Below, piece by piece: positions 12,338-24,277 of a DNA stretch of 64,000 nt. The notes beneath the pieces were generated by a model, which worked only from the letters and a program-made list of their open reading frames with translations, was not told the DNA's origin and made no database searches. The stretch lies in NCBI GenBank assembly GCA_047495785.1, contig JBLDXI010000025.1, positions 682,001 to 746,000 of the forward strand. Reading direction: 5' to 3'. The DNA is from Lepidodermella squamata. Lineage: Eukaryota; Animalia; Gastrotricha. A program made the position numbers and the translations under genes. Each line of letters starts with the position of its first letter. The first letter of the stretch is position 1.

Positions 12338-14236
12338 GGTGCGGGATGGACTGCGGGACGTGCGGGATAAAACTGCGGGATGAACTGCGGGACAGGCGGG
12401 ATGGACTGCGGGAACAACTGCGGGATGCTGCGGGATGAGACCAACACGACGCGTCCCGCAGCTTCCCGTACTTGGTGCGGGATGCAAAGTTAAATACTAG
12501 ATATCGCGGTCTATCGAATGAGCCCAGGTACACCTTGTAGGCTCGCATGATTAATTTTCTAGAATTAGTTAAAAACTGTAGTTTTTGCTGATTGAGAAGG
12601 CTGGGTGGCAATTTTGGCTTTTGGGTAGTCTCATAAACTGTTCGGCATCATCCACTGAAGAAAATTGGCAATAGGTTTCAAATTTAAATGTCGTTCTTGT
12701 TGCGACGTAAGGGACCGCCAGTGCTAGCGTATATTTCTATATATGATTATACTGCTATATGGCGGTTGTTTACGACTGCGGAGCGGTTGCATCCCAAATT
12801 ACTACTTTCGGTTCAAGAGCTATAAAATTGCCATTAGCTGCGATTGCTTTCTTGTGCTCTTGGACTCTTGAAGAGAATAGAGAAATTCTGCTGCTTCTTC
12901 GCTTATCTTTTCTATGACTTTTCAAAGTTTTCTCCTGCTCTTCTGGAATTCTTCGATTTAAGTTTTCACAGGTAGCAAAAACGAACTGCCGTAAGCCGTT
13001 GCCGTGCATCTTTATTTTCAACGCAACGAAATACTCGAAAATGAACAAAGGAAATGAAACCATGAGAATAATTCAGGAAACTTTGTTTCAACAAATATGG
13101 TGATAACAGGCTGAATATATCGAAATAGCCAGCACTCAGCAATAGTAGAGTAACGACCTTTTACCGGAATTTCGCCAATTTTTCAGTTTCGATTCCCAAT
13201 CAATTACCAATATCCAATCAGCTATAACTGAAGGGGAGACTTCGAGTACAAGTTGTAGTATAATAATCCTATCAACAATGCAGAATTTAAAATTTAATAC
13301 AGCAGCTAATAGGATGTAGGATGCCCTATTTCTACTTTAATAGCTTTAATAGCTACACTACTTTAATTGCAATAAGATGTTAATGAATCATTACCAACTA
13401 GTTTTGAAATTACCCATTCTAAATAGAAAGTTAATCTGATTTCTACGAAAAATTATAAATGATATTCATGAACACTTAATTTTGTTGAAAGTAGATCTCG
13501 TCCCTGGAGGTTAGCGGATAATCTTTGAAGTGTCGCAATTAGGAAACAAGCGATATTTAAAGTTTTCTGAAAGTGTATCACTTTTAACCGAAGTAACAAT
13601 TTTCAAGAAAAGATGACGGCGATACTCCATTGGGTATCTAGCTAACTATATGTAACTAACGATAACTAAATTAACAAGCCACAGAAATGGGAGCGTAAGC
13701 GTTTTCTTCCCTTTCAAAACGAAGAATGTCTACATCTATTGGAGACTAATTAAGCTCCTTAAGTGTTACATTTTAAACCCCAGAGCAGATCAGATTTGTC
13801 TCTAAAAAGCTGCGCTTGCCAAGCAGAACAAATCGCTCCAGTTGCTTCAGAGATCTACCCGTAACTCATCTTGAAGTACGCGCCACTTTTTTGCCTTCAC
13901 TTACTCTGAAACTCTGAGAATTATTTTGCATTCTCGCCAATAGATCGGTTTGAAGTGCCGTAAGCATTCCTGATAGCCCTAATTACAGATAAGATTCCAG
14001 CCAAAATGACCAAGTGGATGCGCTTTGTAAATTATACTTCTGCATGATTGTTTTCTTTGATAACTATTAGTCCGTGGAATTTTGCTCTTGACGTAGTATT
14101 TCATTAGGAGTTTGCCATCCCGATCCCCATCCCAAATGCCCAAACTTGAATGGTGGGTCAGGTTTTGTCGTATACGAATCAAGCCAATCGAGTTGCATAT
14201 CAAGCATTACTCGAATTACTGCGAAATTAGTCAACC

Positions 14237-15268
14237 CAGTGGTTCTCAAACTATTTTCGCTCCCCCTCAGCTGGTGGGGCCGGTGCCCCCCCTGCCCCCC
14301 CCCCCCCCCCCCCCTCAGTTACGCCCCTGCCGCGCGCCTCTATTCTCTCGATAATTGAAGTTTTCGAGTGCACTTTTAAGCGGATTGGTTATTAAATTAG
14401 GGTTTTGAGCAGTGGTTCTTGACTGAATTATTACGCGACCCCTGATTGGTCATTCAACTGAAGTCGCGACCGACCACTCTCAAAAAGTCAAAACGTGAAA
14501 GAAATTTTATGTAATATTTTAGCCAATTAATATTTGGCCTCCAAACTCCAAACCCGTGAATTAATTAACGTTTGCGAGCAAAGCGAGCTTTAGCTGACGA
14601 AATCTTTCTTTTTTCTGAAAATAGGCTAAAAATGCGTTAAAAGTGGGCTTTGAGTGTTTCTCGTCACGACTCTCGCGACCCCAAAACCTTCCGCAACCCT
14701 TTTCAAAATTGCCCGCGACCTTTCAAGTTTCAAGAATGACTGGTTCTGCTCGGGAGTGAAAATGCCATGCGTTGCGTTGGCCATAATTTAATGTAATTAT
14801 GTGAATAAAGCGAGAAAATATTTCGGCTTCGAAAAAACCAAAATGTCAGTTGCATATCATATTGAATATGATATGCAACTGACGTCCAAAAAACAGCTTG
14901 AAGAAATTATGAACCATGGAATCGCTCAATGAAGGATTTCATATTCCTGATTTCATCCTACCTAGAAGCTAATATCGAACAAGAGGCGGTGGTTACTATT
15001 TATTGCTAAAATGTCAAATATCATAATATAAATTGTCGAATTGGAATCAAGATATTAAAACATTTGAAAGTGAATCTGCGAGCGAAGCCAGAAACCTTTA
15101 AGAAAATTGTGGCTATTTATCATTCGGATACATCGAATTTTGCTCACAAATTATGTGAAACCCTGGACTATTCCCCTAGAAAGAGCCGTCCGGCCGCACA
15201 CAATGCAAGAGATAGGCGGACCTCTTCCGGCCGCATGCGGTCGGAAAAACGGGGTTTGAGAACCACTG
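14237..15268. mobile_element. hAT-type non-autonomous element (possibly with a nested related MITE 14410-14742)
   Basis: CAGTGGTTCTCAAAC...GTTTGAGAACCACTG termini; 6/8-matching TSD AGTCAACC / CGTCAAGC. Confidence 0.7.
14845..14883. repeat. Perfect 39 bp palindrome
   Basis: GTCAGTTGCATATCATATT-G-AATATGATATGCAACTGAC. Confidence 0.9.
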
Positions 15269-16033
15269 CGTCAAGCGATTCCGCTTGTAGTTCAGTTTGG
15301 TGCAACAGCTAAACGGCTCATGTTTATCAGAAGTTGAACAGAAAAATATTCGATCGCTTTTTCATGTAACAAAATTTAAGAAGGATATCAAAATATCTGC
15401 GAATGTAGAAGGAACCAAAAAACCGATATTATCAGGCACCCCTCTGACCAATCACGGTATGACTAACCCCTATTTTTGCCTGCGTGCTGTCTGCGTGCTG
15501 TCCACGTGAACCGAGGCTTGCGGCCGTAAACTTTCTCTTCTGAGAACATTCTGTTTCGAACCCAGGACCTCTGTGCAACCAGTGTTTCAACAAATGGTTA
15601 TAGCCATGATTCAACTAGACTATACAGAGGTACAGAAAAGTATACTTGAGAATGAGCTGTTTTACCCTATGAGTTTACCCTATGGATATTGAGAAAAATC
15701 GATAGAATTATCCTAGACTACGCTTCAAGGGAACGAAGGTGAAATAAGGAAGAATAGGATAAATTTGGTGGATCTTAAGAATTTAGCCATGATATAACGG
15801 AGAAATTTTCTGAAGCGTTTGTGCGTAGTACGCATTCTGGTAGGCGTTGCAACCGCACGGTATCGGATGCGCCGCAATAATGATGCTATTACCGACGAAG
15901 ACAAAGTAGCTTATACCAGTACCAAGTATTTTATTACCAACAGCATGAAAGTACTGCCAAACGAGGTCTCTTACGTCGCAACACGAACGATGTTCTCATC
16001 TAAATGTTGATTTAGAATTTAGAGATAATGTTA

Positions 16034-16771
16034 CATTACACATTACATCTTCTTTATTTCGTTACAAGATTTTAGAACAAAGTATGAGACAAAATCTGTA
16101 CAGTTAACGAAATAAAATTCACTCCGGTGTACCCAGTATGGCTGAAAGAATGATGATGTTCCTCCAACTATACTGAGTGTCGGAGGAGGACCAACGTTAG
16201 TCGATCCTAAATCAGACAAAAATCAAAGTGTCGATGTTGAAAATACTGAAAATTTGATATTATTTTTCGTTCCAAAATTTGAAAATGTGCAAAATGAATT
16301 CATAGTTCAAAAATCAATCATCTGTAATATGTTTCAATTTCGTACGCCACTCAATTCTATTCTGAGCTAATACAGCGGCGTCTTCCCAATTCTCAATATT
16401 AATTTTCTTCAACTGCCTTTTTATGCAGTCTGAATAGCGCAGTTTGGGACGGCCCTTGGGTCTTTGCCACGAATCGTCTGGGGTCTGGGGGGTCCCAATA
16501 CCTAACCTGTTTCAATAGCGATTTCGAGTCTCTGCGCTCTACGTGCCCGTACCATCGTAATTGATTCCTAGCGACCTTTGTTGATAATTTTTGCGTATTA
16601 CATTTTCCCCTAATTTTTTCATTTCGGACCCTATCAGCCAGCCTAATTCCGGTAATGTTCCTGAGCCATTTCATCTGGCAGACATCTGGCCTTCTTTCTT
16701 CTTCACGATTCATCGCCCATCCTTCGGACCCAAACATCACGGTTGGTACTATCACGCCGTCTAGGCGATAA
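16034..16771 (-). mobile_element. 5'-truncated RTE-clade LINE
   Basis: ORF 16399-16755 has PTVMFGSEGW...KWLRNITG...RVRNEKIR...QLRWYGHVERR, typical of the RTE ORF C-terminal region; (TGTAA)n-like 3' tail; 14 bp TSD TAGAGATAATGTTA at 16020-16033 and 16772-16785. Confidence 0.9.
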
Positions 16772-17057
16772 TAGAGATAATGTTAACAAAGAAAATCACT
16801 TGCTTCGGTAAAATGTAAACATATTCCGGCAGTGCGGCCGTTTGGAGACGCCGAGAGAGTTGCGGCCCGATGGGGACATTTCGGGCCGCCAGAATCGCCG
16901 GTAGTTGAAAACTTTGCGCAGCACTGCTCTAAGATGTTCCGATGACTTCCCAATGCAGAGAAAATGATATGCTACTCGGTGTTACGTGTACTGACATCAA
17001 ACCAAAGACTAAAATAAGTGTAAGGTATAGAGAAGAGAAGAACAAGAGACTTGAAAT

Positions 17058-17224
17058 GCCGCCGCTCGGATTAGCTTGCAGCTCAGAGCGAACTCATTAG
17101 GCATGGTGCGTTGCCTAAGATCAAACGAGAACATATTTGCTACTAGAATCAGTCCGAAATTGAAAGCACGGATAGCGCCGAGCAAGTAGTTGAAATTGTC
17201 AGAATTACAGTAGGTCACATCCAG
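17058..17224 (-). pseudogene. Isolated ECL2-TM6 fragment of an A3-like GPCR
   Basis: TYCNSDNFNYLLGAIRAFNFGLILVANMFSFDLRQRTMPNEFALSCKLIRAAA closely matches 25160-25330. Confidence 0.85.
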
Positions 17225-17689
17225 TAAAAAACCATGCTAGGACATTAATTTGGTTCATTTTGGCAGCTTTGCGCTGAACATGAAAGGTTTAAGCCGTTTC
17301 AAGTCACCACCCCTTGAAAATCCCCTCCAAGCCATCATGGAGGGTATACAATTTCGAAGTTCATAGTTGATTGTTGTTATTTTAGCAGTGCACCGCGTGC
17401 GGTGCACTTGCGAACCCCCGTGGCGATCGAAAATTTCTGGAAAACGTAAGGGTCCCCCCTGTTGATTTGCACATCTTGGGCTCAAAATGCTCGATTTACC
17501 CCCCTCAGAGCTGGACCTAGTCGGACCATTGTATTTTAGTAATGGTGAATTCGAGAATTGCCAGAAACCAGCGGATGCCAATCAGGCCGAGATGTCGCTG
17601 TCCATCAATTCGGTTGACAAGGGAGCCGCGTCCTCGGTTCTAGGTCGCTCAGTCTCAGTACCTCTCAATCAAAGGGCTGGAAAGTTGTA

Positions 17690-18785
17690 CAGTGTGTCCG
17701 TCAAATAATATGAGCCTAAATATAGCATTTTAATTGCGCCTATTCACGAGTCGTGCACGAGGCAAAAAAACGCAGCACTGAATGATAGTACAGCTATTGT
17801 TGTTCATTGCTGGAATAATATCAATTATTGCTCCGCCAAAATTGGTATTATTTAATCAAGATAAAGAATATTCTTCGGAACGAAAGCATTAGCTTCGGAA
17901 TTTTCACCTGCAAGCTTTTACATTACTAAAGTTTAGGGGACAACGAGTTGCCCTGAATATTCATGCAATAAGATCGTGTACCGACAAGTGCGAACTTTTG
18001 TTCGCATTAGTCGCGTCATTTGCGAAAACGACAACTCAGAATAATGTTAGCGTATTTTTCGGAGCGACTCCGAATCAACGGCGACAACTCAGAATGCGAC
18101 AACTCAGAATTATATTAATGCATTTTCTCAGCGACAAATCCGAATTCCTCGCGACAAATCAGAACGCGACAATTTAGTAAATTCGGATTTGTCGCTCAGA
18201 AAAATACGTAAAAATTATTCTCAGTTGTCGCATTCTGATTTTACTGTTCTGATTTGTCGAATTCCCAATTGTCCGTTCTGATTTGTCGTAGAGCCGTTTG
18301 ATCTTATTGGCGCAACAATGTCAACCTAATATCTGGAAAAAAACTAACCATTTAACTGCGATTTATTAGCAAATTTTCTGATCCAATTCGGTTTACTCTG
18401 TTTGTACTAGCCATTGGACGTATTCTTGCGGGTATGTGAAATTCACGTATATAACGGTTAGCCGATAGCGCCCCGGATGCTACACAAATTGGCGAAAGCG
18501 ATATTACCCCTTTATTTCAAAACGCGGAACTTATTTCGAACAGATTCTCAGGTCGTAATGGAAACTGCTTTAGTTGCTTTCATTGCATTTGTTGCATTTG
18601 TTGCATTTTATGCTTCAACGGCAGTAAAATGTCCCGCGGCTGTTGGAGACCCAAGTCGATGGGCAAGTCGATGTACGCGAAAAAGGGGGAAACCGATTCC
18701 AAAAAAGCGGTTTGTATAACTGGCCATGGCCGAATTCAAAATGGCCCTTGCAAAACAGAAAACATATTATTTGACGGACACACTG
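17690..18785. mobile_element. Tc1/mariner-type non-autonomous element
   Basis: TA|CAGTGTGTCCGTCAAATAATAT ... ATATTATTTGACGGACACACTG|TA. Confidence 0.85.
18028..18295. repeat. Partial foldback element with GCGACAACTCAGAAT subrepeats, nested in the Tc1-like element
   Basis: Direct then inverted ~15 bp units; right end GTAGAGCC resembles the end of the 5819-6188 element; left end missing. Confidence 0.6.
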
Positions 18786-19275
18786 TAGAACGACACTCAA
18801 CTGATTTGCCATTCTGGAATATTATATTTATATGCGTGAAAATGTGAAATGAATACTTGTTCTTTCAGATCCACTCGCCTTGTTAAATGGAATTATTATT
18901 TTGCAGTAATTTAATACCTATTTCCGTTTCCTGTTGAATGTTGAATCCCACAGGCCTCTGACTACATGACATTTCAACGCTGACATTAGTATGGTACTTC
19001 GCTATTCTCAATACTCAAAGACTGTAATTGAAGATCACTGCTGTCATAACACTTTTTACGAATTCACCCTGCTTTGAAACTGTGCAGCGACTTGCCTTTG
19101 GCCTTTAAGAAATGTTAATTTTGACGATAATCACTTCTTCTGGACGCTGGCCTATGGCACTTCATGAGTATGAATTTTTGAAAGTAAATCTAGAGATTGA
19201 GTAGTTGAGACCAAGTTTTACGGTTAAAAGGTTAAAAGAAGCGTCAGTTTTATTTTAGATAGTGGGCACGTCAAA

Positions 19276-22210
19276 TTATTTATTAGATGGCTGGGTGCTT
19301 GAGCTAGCATTGCCCACGCATGCCGCCGAGTCCAGCTTTTCAACCTTAGCAGTGAGGGGTAGCAACAAAACCAAGCTCATTAGCGCAGAATAGACGAGTT
19401 CGATGAAAGCCAACACTGCGTTTAGCACGCACGGCTTGTTTGACGAAGCGACCAAAACAAGCACGACCACCCCGGCAGCGAGCATCGTTAGCGCGTTCAC
19501 TGCAGCTGCTCTGATTAGCTTGCAGCTGAGCGCAAATTCATTAGGCATAACACGCCGCCGGAGATCAACTGAGAACAAATTTGCGAGTGAGATCAACCCG
19601 AAATTATAGGCGAGAACAGCGCCTAGCCAGTAGGTCAGATTCCCAGAGCTGCAGGACATAACATCTAGCTCGAAATAAGTATCAGCAGCTTCATCGAAAG
19701 CGATTGGATTTCTGAAGAGTACAAGCTGCATCGGTTCTTTGATGATCCAGAGAAGCATGCCGATGACATTGATAGCCAGAGCCACACTCATTGACTGAGA
19801 CATTTGCAGCTCGTTGCGATACCTATCACTGTACAAAGTGGAAACGCGACTTTGAATGATAATACCCTGTGTTTCGTATGATTGCGAACTCGGTCGAACC
19901 CGGTAAGATCGCTTCCACCTAGCAAGGTGGTTGATGTAGCGAATAGCCCTGTTATTCACTCGATATGTCCTCACACGGACGAACTTGCTGTAGACCAACA
20001 TTTGACTGAAAAGCAGGCTGTGAAACATGCTCAAGCTTATTGATATCAAAACTATCCTCCATCTGCATTCCATCGCCGGGGCGTAATCGTGACCAATGAT
20101 TAGGAATATAGCAGATACGTTCAAACCGATGCAGGCAACGAAAACAAAGTACTTCTTCCACTTGTTGTAGAACGTCTCAGGCTTAGCTCGTGTTGTTGCT
20201 GATAAAAGAAGGGCTTGAATCAAAGTAAGAGACACCGCAAAGCAAGCGACTATTCCTGTCAATATTGTGCCACATTGTCCAATCCTGATTTCGATGTCGG
20301 AAAGATCTCTTGGGGAAAGTCCTGTTTTTGTAGCCCAAATCGGATCAGCGACTAGTTGGTATGCGAATGACCGCTTCTCGTGGTTGTACGGCAGATGTGC
20401 CAGGCGACGAGGTTGCAATTTGTAGGCTTGCATTATCGTTAGGTCTTGGTACATTTCACCACTCTCATCTCGCTTGATTCTGGGATTTCGAAATCCAACT
20501 GCATCAAGCTCTGCCGTAGTCCGATTCGCAACATTGTATATCAGAGCTTTGTATTTCGGATCCTTGAAGTCAGTCAATGAGAGGTTGTAACTTTGCTTGA
20601 GGATAGCCTCGGTTTTGTTCAAGGCTAGCAAAGCCAGCATATGAGCATCATGTTCACCGTGTGGAATACTATCAAAAGTAACTTTGGTTCCGAACAATTT
20701 TTCCTCTGTTGCTATTGCCATTCTATCGTAGTCAGCTAGGCTCATTCCCAGACTTGACGTCCCTGAATTTTCGAAAGAACGGACCGGAATACCTACAACA
20801 AAAAGCGCTGATAGTTGCACGTCGACGATCTCCCTCGTACAACCATCCGATATGTAGGCATCTCGATCCAAGTTCCACGTCAGACAAGCTGGAATAGATG
20901 CGATGAAATGGTACAGCGGTGGCCTTATTCCATTGTGATAAGCTTTGCATAATAGAATCTGGCATTCGTAGGCGCCATAGGGGAAAATTAGGACGATCCT
21001 GACTCTTTGCAGGGGTAAAAGATCATCGTCATCCGTATCACCGAACCAGTAAGACCCAACAGATTCGCTGACTTCGATGTTGTTTGCTGTCAAGATTTTG
21101 TACGTCTCTTGGCTGACATTGGAACGTCACGAAGCCACCATGAGTAGATCATACCAACACGCTTCCATCCACCGAGGCTTCTTATAGCCTCCAAGAATGC
21201 GTATTTGTATGTGCTTACGGATCCCAGGATAGTGTATAGGTTATTGAAGAATACACGTCGCCTCGATTCGATATATGGTCCGGCGCAGGTTTGCGAGGTC
21301 TATTCGCGTGTTTCAAATTATTATTCAAATTCGATAAGAAGAGGAAAGCAAACTCAAGATTTCAAAACAATTTAATAAAATCATAAAACAGTGATGCCAC
21401 ATTTCAGCAAATTAATATTTTTTTGGTAATTACAAATATATCATTTGTAAGTCAAATTCTGAAATATTTGCAAGCGTCAATTGAAACTTGCAACTGGAGC
21501 AAATAATTTCCAATGGTGGTTATTTTGTTCTTCTACACAGGTTCAATACAGGTGGCACTATCGAATGATAATTTTCCAACTTAGTCTTATAAGTCTATAA
21601 TTTTGCATAGTACTTTTGCATATATAGTAGGTGATTAGTTTGGACGACGGCTTTTAACGAATTTACAGATGTCCGTTATTGATCTGCAGATCAATACAGA
21701 TCTGCTAGTCCGTTATTGTCAGTTTTGATTAAAATCTGCGAGTCTCCATTCTTCAACGGCATAATTTTGTTGATATGCATTCAGAGGCATACGATGGCCC
21801 CCATGAAGATCCTATATGTTAATACATTTTAAGAGCTCATTTTAAGAGACCCGCAACATAAATAAGGCAGGGATAATAATAATCCTTACCATAACCATGT
21901 TCATGCCACGATACGTGCCTGCCGACGTGTCGCAATCACCATCAGGTCCCACCAAAACGGGTGACAAGTAGGTTCCCTCCGGCAGTTCCATCTCGAATAG
22001 TTCCCTAGCACGCACGTTGCTCTCGTTTTCGACTACATATTTCATGGCATACGGAACGATTTCATAGTCAGCTAAAATTGTCGATGTGTTATGTGAATAC
22101 TCAGCTAGAACATGAGCGCTTGTTGTGTCCGCAACCGGCCACAGTAGCTTCGGTTTCGCAGCATGGTTAACAGAAATTATTACTGATAGGAGTAGAAGGC
22201 TTGTCATCAT
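19276..22210 (-). pseudogene. GABA-B-like GPCR copy A2 with a 1 bp deletion (exons 22210-21890, 21299-19276)
   Basis: Highly similar to A1/A3 with the same splice sites; CTCTTGGC at 21106-21113 versus CTCTGTGGC in A1 shifts the frame; could also be an assembly error. Confidence 0.75.
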
Positions 22211-22706
22211 TTCCGCGAGACACAATTCTTAGGTTTCTTCTGAGTAGAACTAACTATTATGCTCGTAATCACAGCTGAGGATTGACCTAGCTAGTTAGTG
22301 TGACTGAACGTGATTTCAGTCGAATATCATGAGAATGCCAGAGACGAGGAGGGGTAGCTTGACAAATTAGCGAGATCGCTAACAGTTCGCATCTTGATTT
22401 CAACTTCTGGCCTAAAAGACGAGTCACCGACAGAGAATCGTAACTTTTTCCGCACATCAGCCAATGTGGGGAAAACGTGGTGAGAGATCGCCCCACAAGT
22501 AGAAGGCTTGTCATCATTTCCGCGGGACACAATTCTTAGTTTTCTGCTGAGTAGAACTCACTGTTATGCTCGAATCACAGCTGAAGAATAATCTAGCTAG
22601 TTGGCGCGTAGCTGAACGTGATTTAAGTCGAATATCAAGAGAGTGCCCGAGACGAAGGGTAGCTTGACAAATGAACGAGATCGCTAACAGTTCGCATCTT
22701 GATTTC
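22192..22706 (-). repeat. Tandem duplication (~210 bp) of the A2 start codon/5' upstream region
   Basis: 22192-22401 is repeated at 22498-22706 (AGAAGGCTTGTCATCATTTCCGCG...GTTCGCATCTTGATTTC). Confidence 0.85.
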
Positions 22707-23239
22707 GAAGTCAAAATTAACATGCCACGAGTGCGGCAGGGCGGACTAATGCCGTTTCTAGCCGTCACCAATGATTTTTCTTGACAATTTACCCGTGATA
22801 TGGCTAAGGGTGTAGGAAAGCGAGGTGTTAGGTGAATACGCCTAGCAAACAGGTAACAAAAAGGGTGAACTTTGGTTCGAGTTTCCCAGTAGAAATGGCT
22901 TCTACTTCAAAAACACCTTCCTTCTTCCCGAATTGTGGCTTTTTTCAGGCACCACAAAACCACTGAAGAAAATCGGCGGTCATTCATTGACTACTTAATG
23001 GTACCTCAATACTTAAGAAGAAACGTTTTTGCCTACGAAACAATATGCATGTTTAGGCCCTGATCATGTTTAAGTATGCGCTCGAATGAGATTCGAACAT
23101 GACCGCAATACAGTGCTCCCTCGATAAAAGCACTGGGTCGGGAGCCAGACCCGGTTTTTAAACAAGGGAAAGCTATAACGAGGGCTGTAATTGAATGCAG
23201 AAGCTAAAAATAGACCGTTTCTACGTCATAAGACAGTTG

Positions 23240-24277
23240 CATACATAGAGATGATAGAGTGCTCACTCGAAGTTATAAGGGTGGAACGCTATGGGCACCA
23301 GATGGCAGGGGATTAACTCATTGTCCTGGGGGAAAAAACTGAACTGATTACAATTCGATCTATTGCACTTATCGCTCGATTTCTCGCTTCGATTGCTGGG
23401 GTCGAAACTGGGCGTCGGGTCATTCAAACTTTGAAAGACGGCGAATTTTTTGGTACCAAATTTGGTCCAGAAATCTTTTCAGAACTGGTTGAAAGGTGGC
23501 CGAGAAGTAAAATTGAAAAAATCGCATTTCTCTTCCCAGGTACTTGACACCTGAAAATAAGGTGAAATTGAGGGGTGTTTTGAAGTCATTTTGTTCGCTA
23601 GGTCGAGACGATCATTTTGACACCTGATTTAGATCTGGGGACGCCATATTTCGATCGCTACATATGTTTGAAATCAAAATCCCTTAAAAATCTATTTATT
23701 TGCGTGAACGACGCTGACACGACGATGATTCATCGCCATAAAATCTCTCAAATCCAAAATTTGGCGCAAAACAGCTTTTTCTCAAAATATTACGCATCAA
23801 TGCTTTTGAAATAAATGGCAAATAAATCTATTTTGAAGGTATTTTAATTTCAAAAATTTGTAGCGATCGAAATATGGCGTCCCCAGATCTAAATCAGGTG
23901 TCAAAATGATCGTCTCGACCTGGCGAAGAAAATGGCTTCAAAAAATCCTTCAATTTTACCTTAGTCTCAGGTGTGGACCGCTCCAAACGGTCCGGGTCCA
24001 AAGTGGACGTTGACTTCTCGGTCGCTTTTTGATCACTTCTAAAAAAGCTACCCGGGCAAATTTGGTACCAAAAAATCCGCCATTTTTCAAAGTTTCAATG
24101 ACTCGACGCTCGGCTTCGGCCCCAGCAATCGAAGCGAGAAATCGAGCAATAAGTGCAATCGATCGAATTGTAATCAGTTCAGTTTTTTCCCCCAGGACAA
24201 TGAGTTAATCCCCTGCCATCTGGTGCCCATAGCGTTCCACCCTCTTAGCTGCAAGTGAGCACTCTATCATCTCTATG
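23240..24277. mobile_element. ~1 kb palindromic MITE with P-element-like CATAG termini
   Basis: ~215 bp outer and ~115 bp inner inverted arms; CATAGAGATGATAGAG...CTCTATCATCTCTATG; 8 bp TSD GACAGTTG at 23232-23239 and 24278-24285 (extra CATA at left end). Confidence 0.85.

Larger units (their letters stand above)
7185..12490 (+). mobile_element. 5.3 kb unclassified TIR DNA transposon with subterminal TGCGGGA repeats and decayed cargo genes
   Basis: TIR ACTTTGCATCCCGCACCA / TGGTGCGGGATGCAAAGT flanked by TA on both sides; arrays of GTGCGGGATGAA-like units at 7190-7360 and 12325-12485. Confidence 0.85.

Noticed and set aside
14280-14320. Poly-C tract giving polyproline ORFs
   Set aside because: Low-complexity run inside a hAT-like element
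18477-18847. ORF with signal-peptide-like METALVAFIAFVAFVAFY
   Set aside because: The hydrophobic stretch comes from a 9 bp tandem repeat and lies inside a Tc1-like non-autonomous element, running through its TIR
22287-22532. ORF starting like GPCR exon 1 (MCPAEMMTSLLL)
   Set aside because: Only the first few codons are duplicated; the remainder is upstream non-coding sequence
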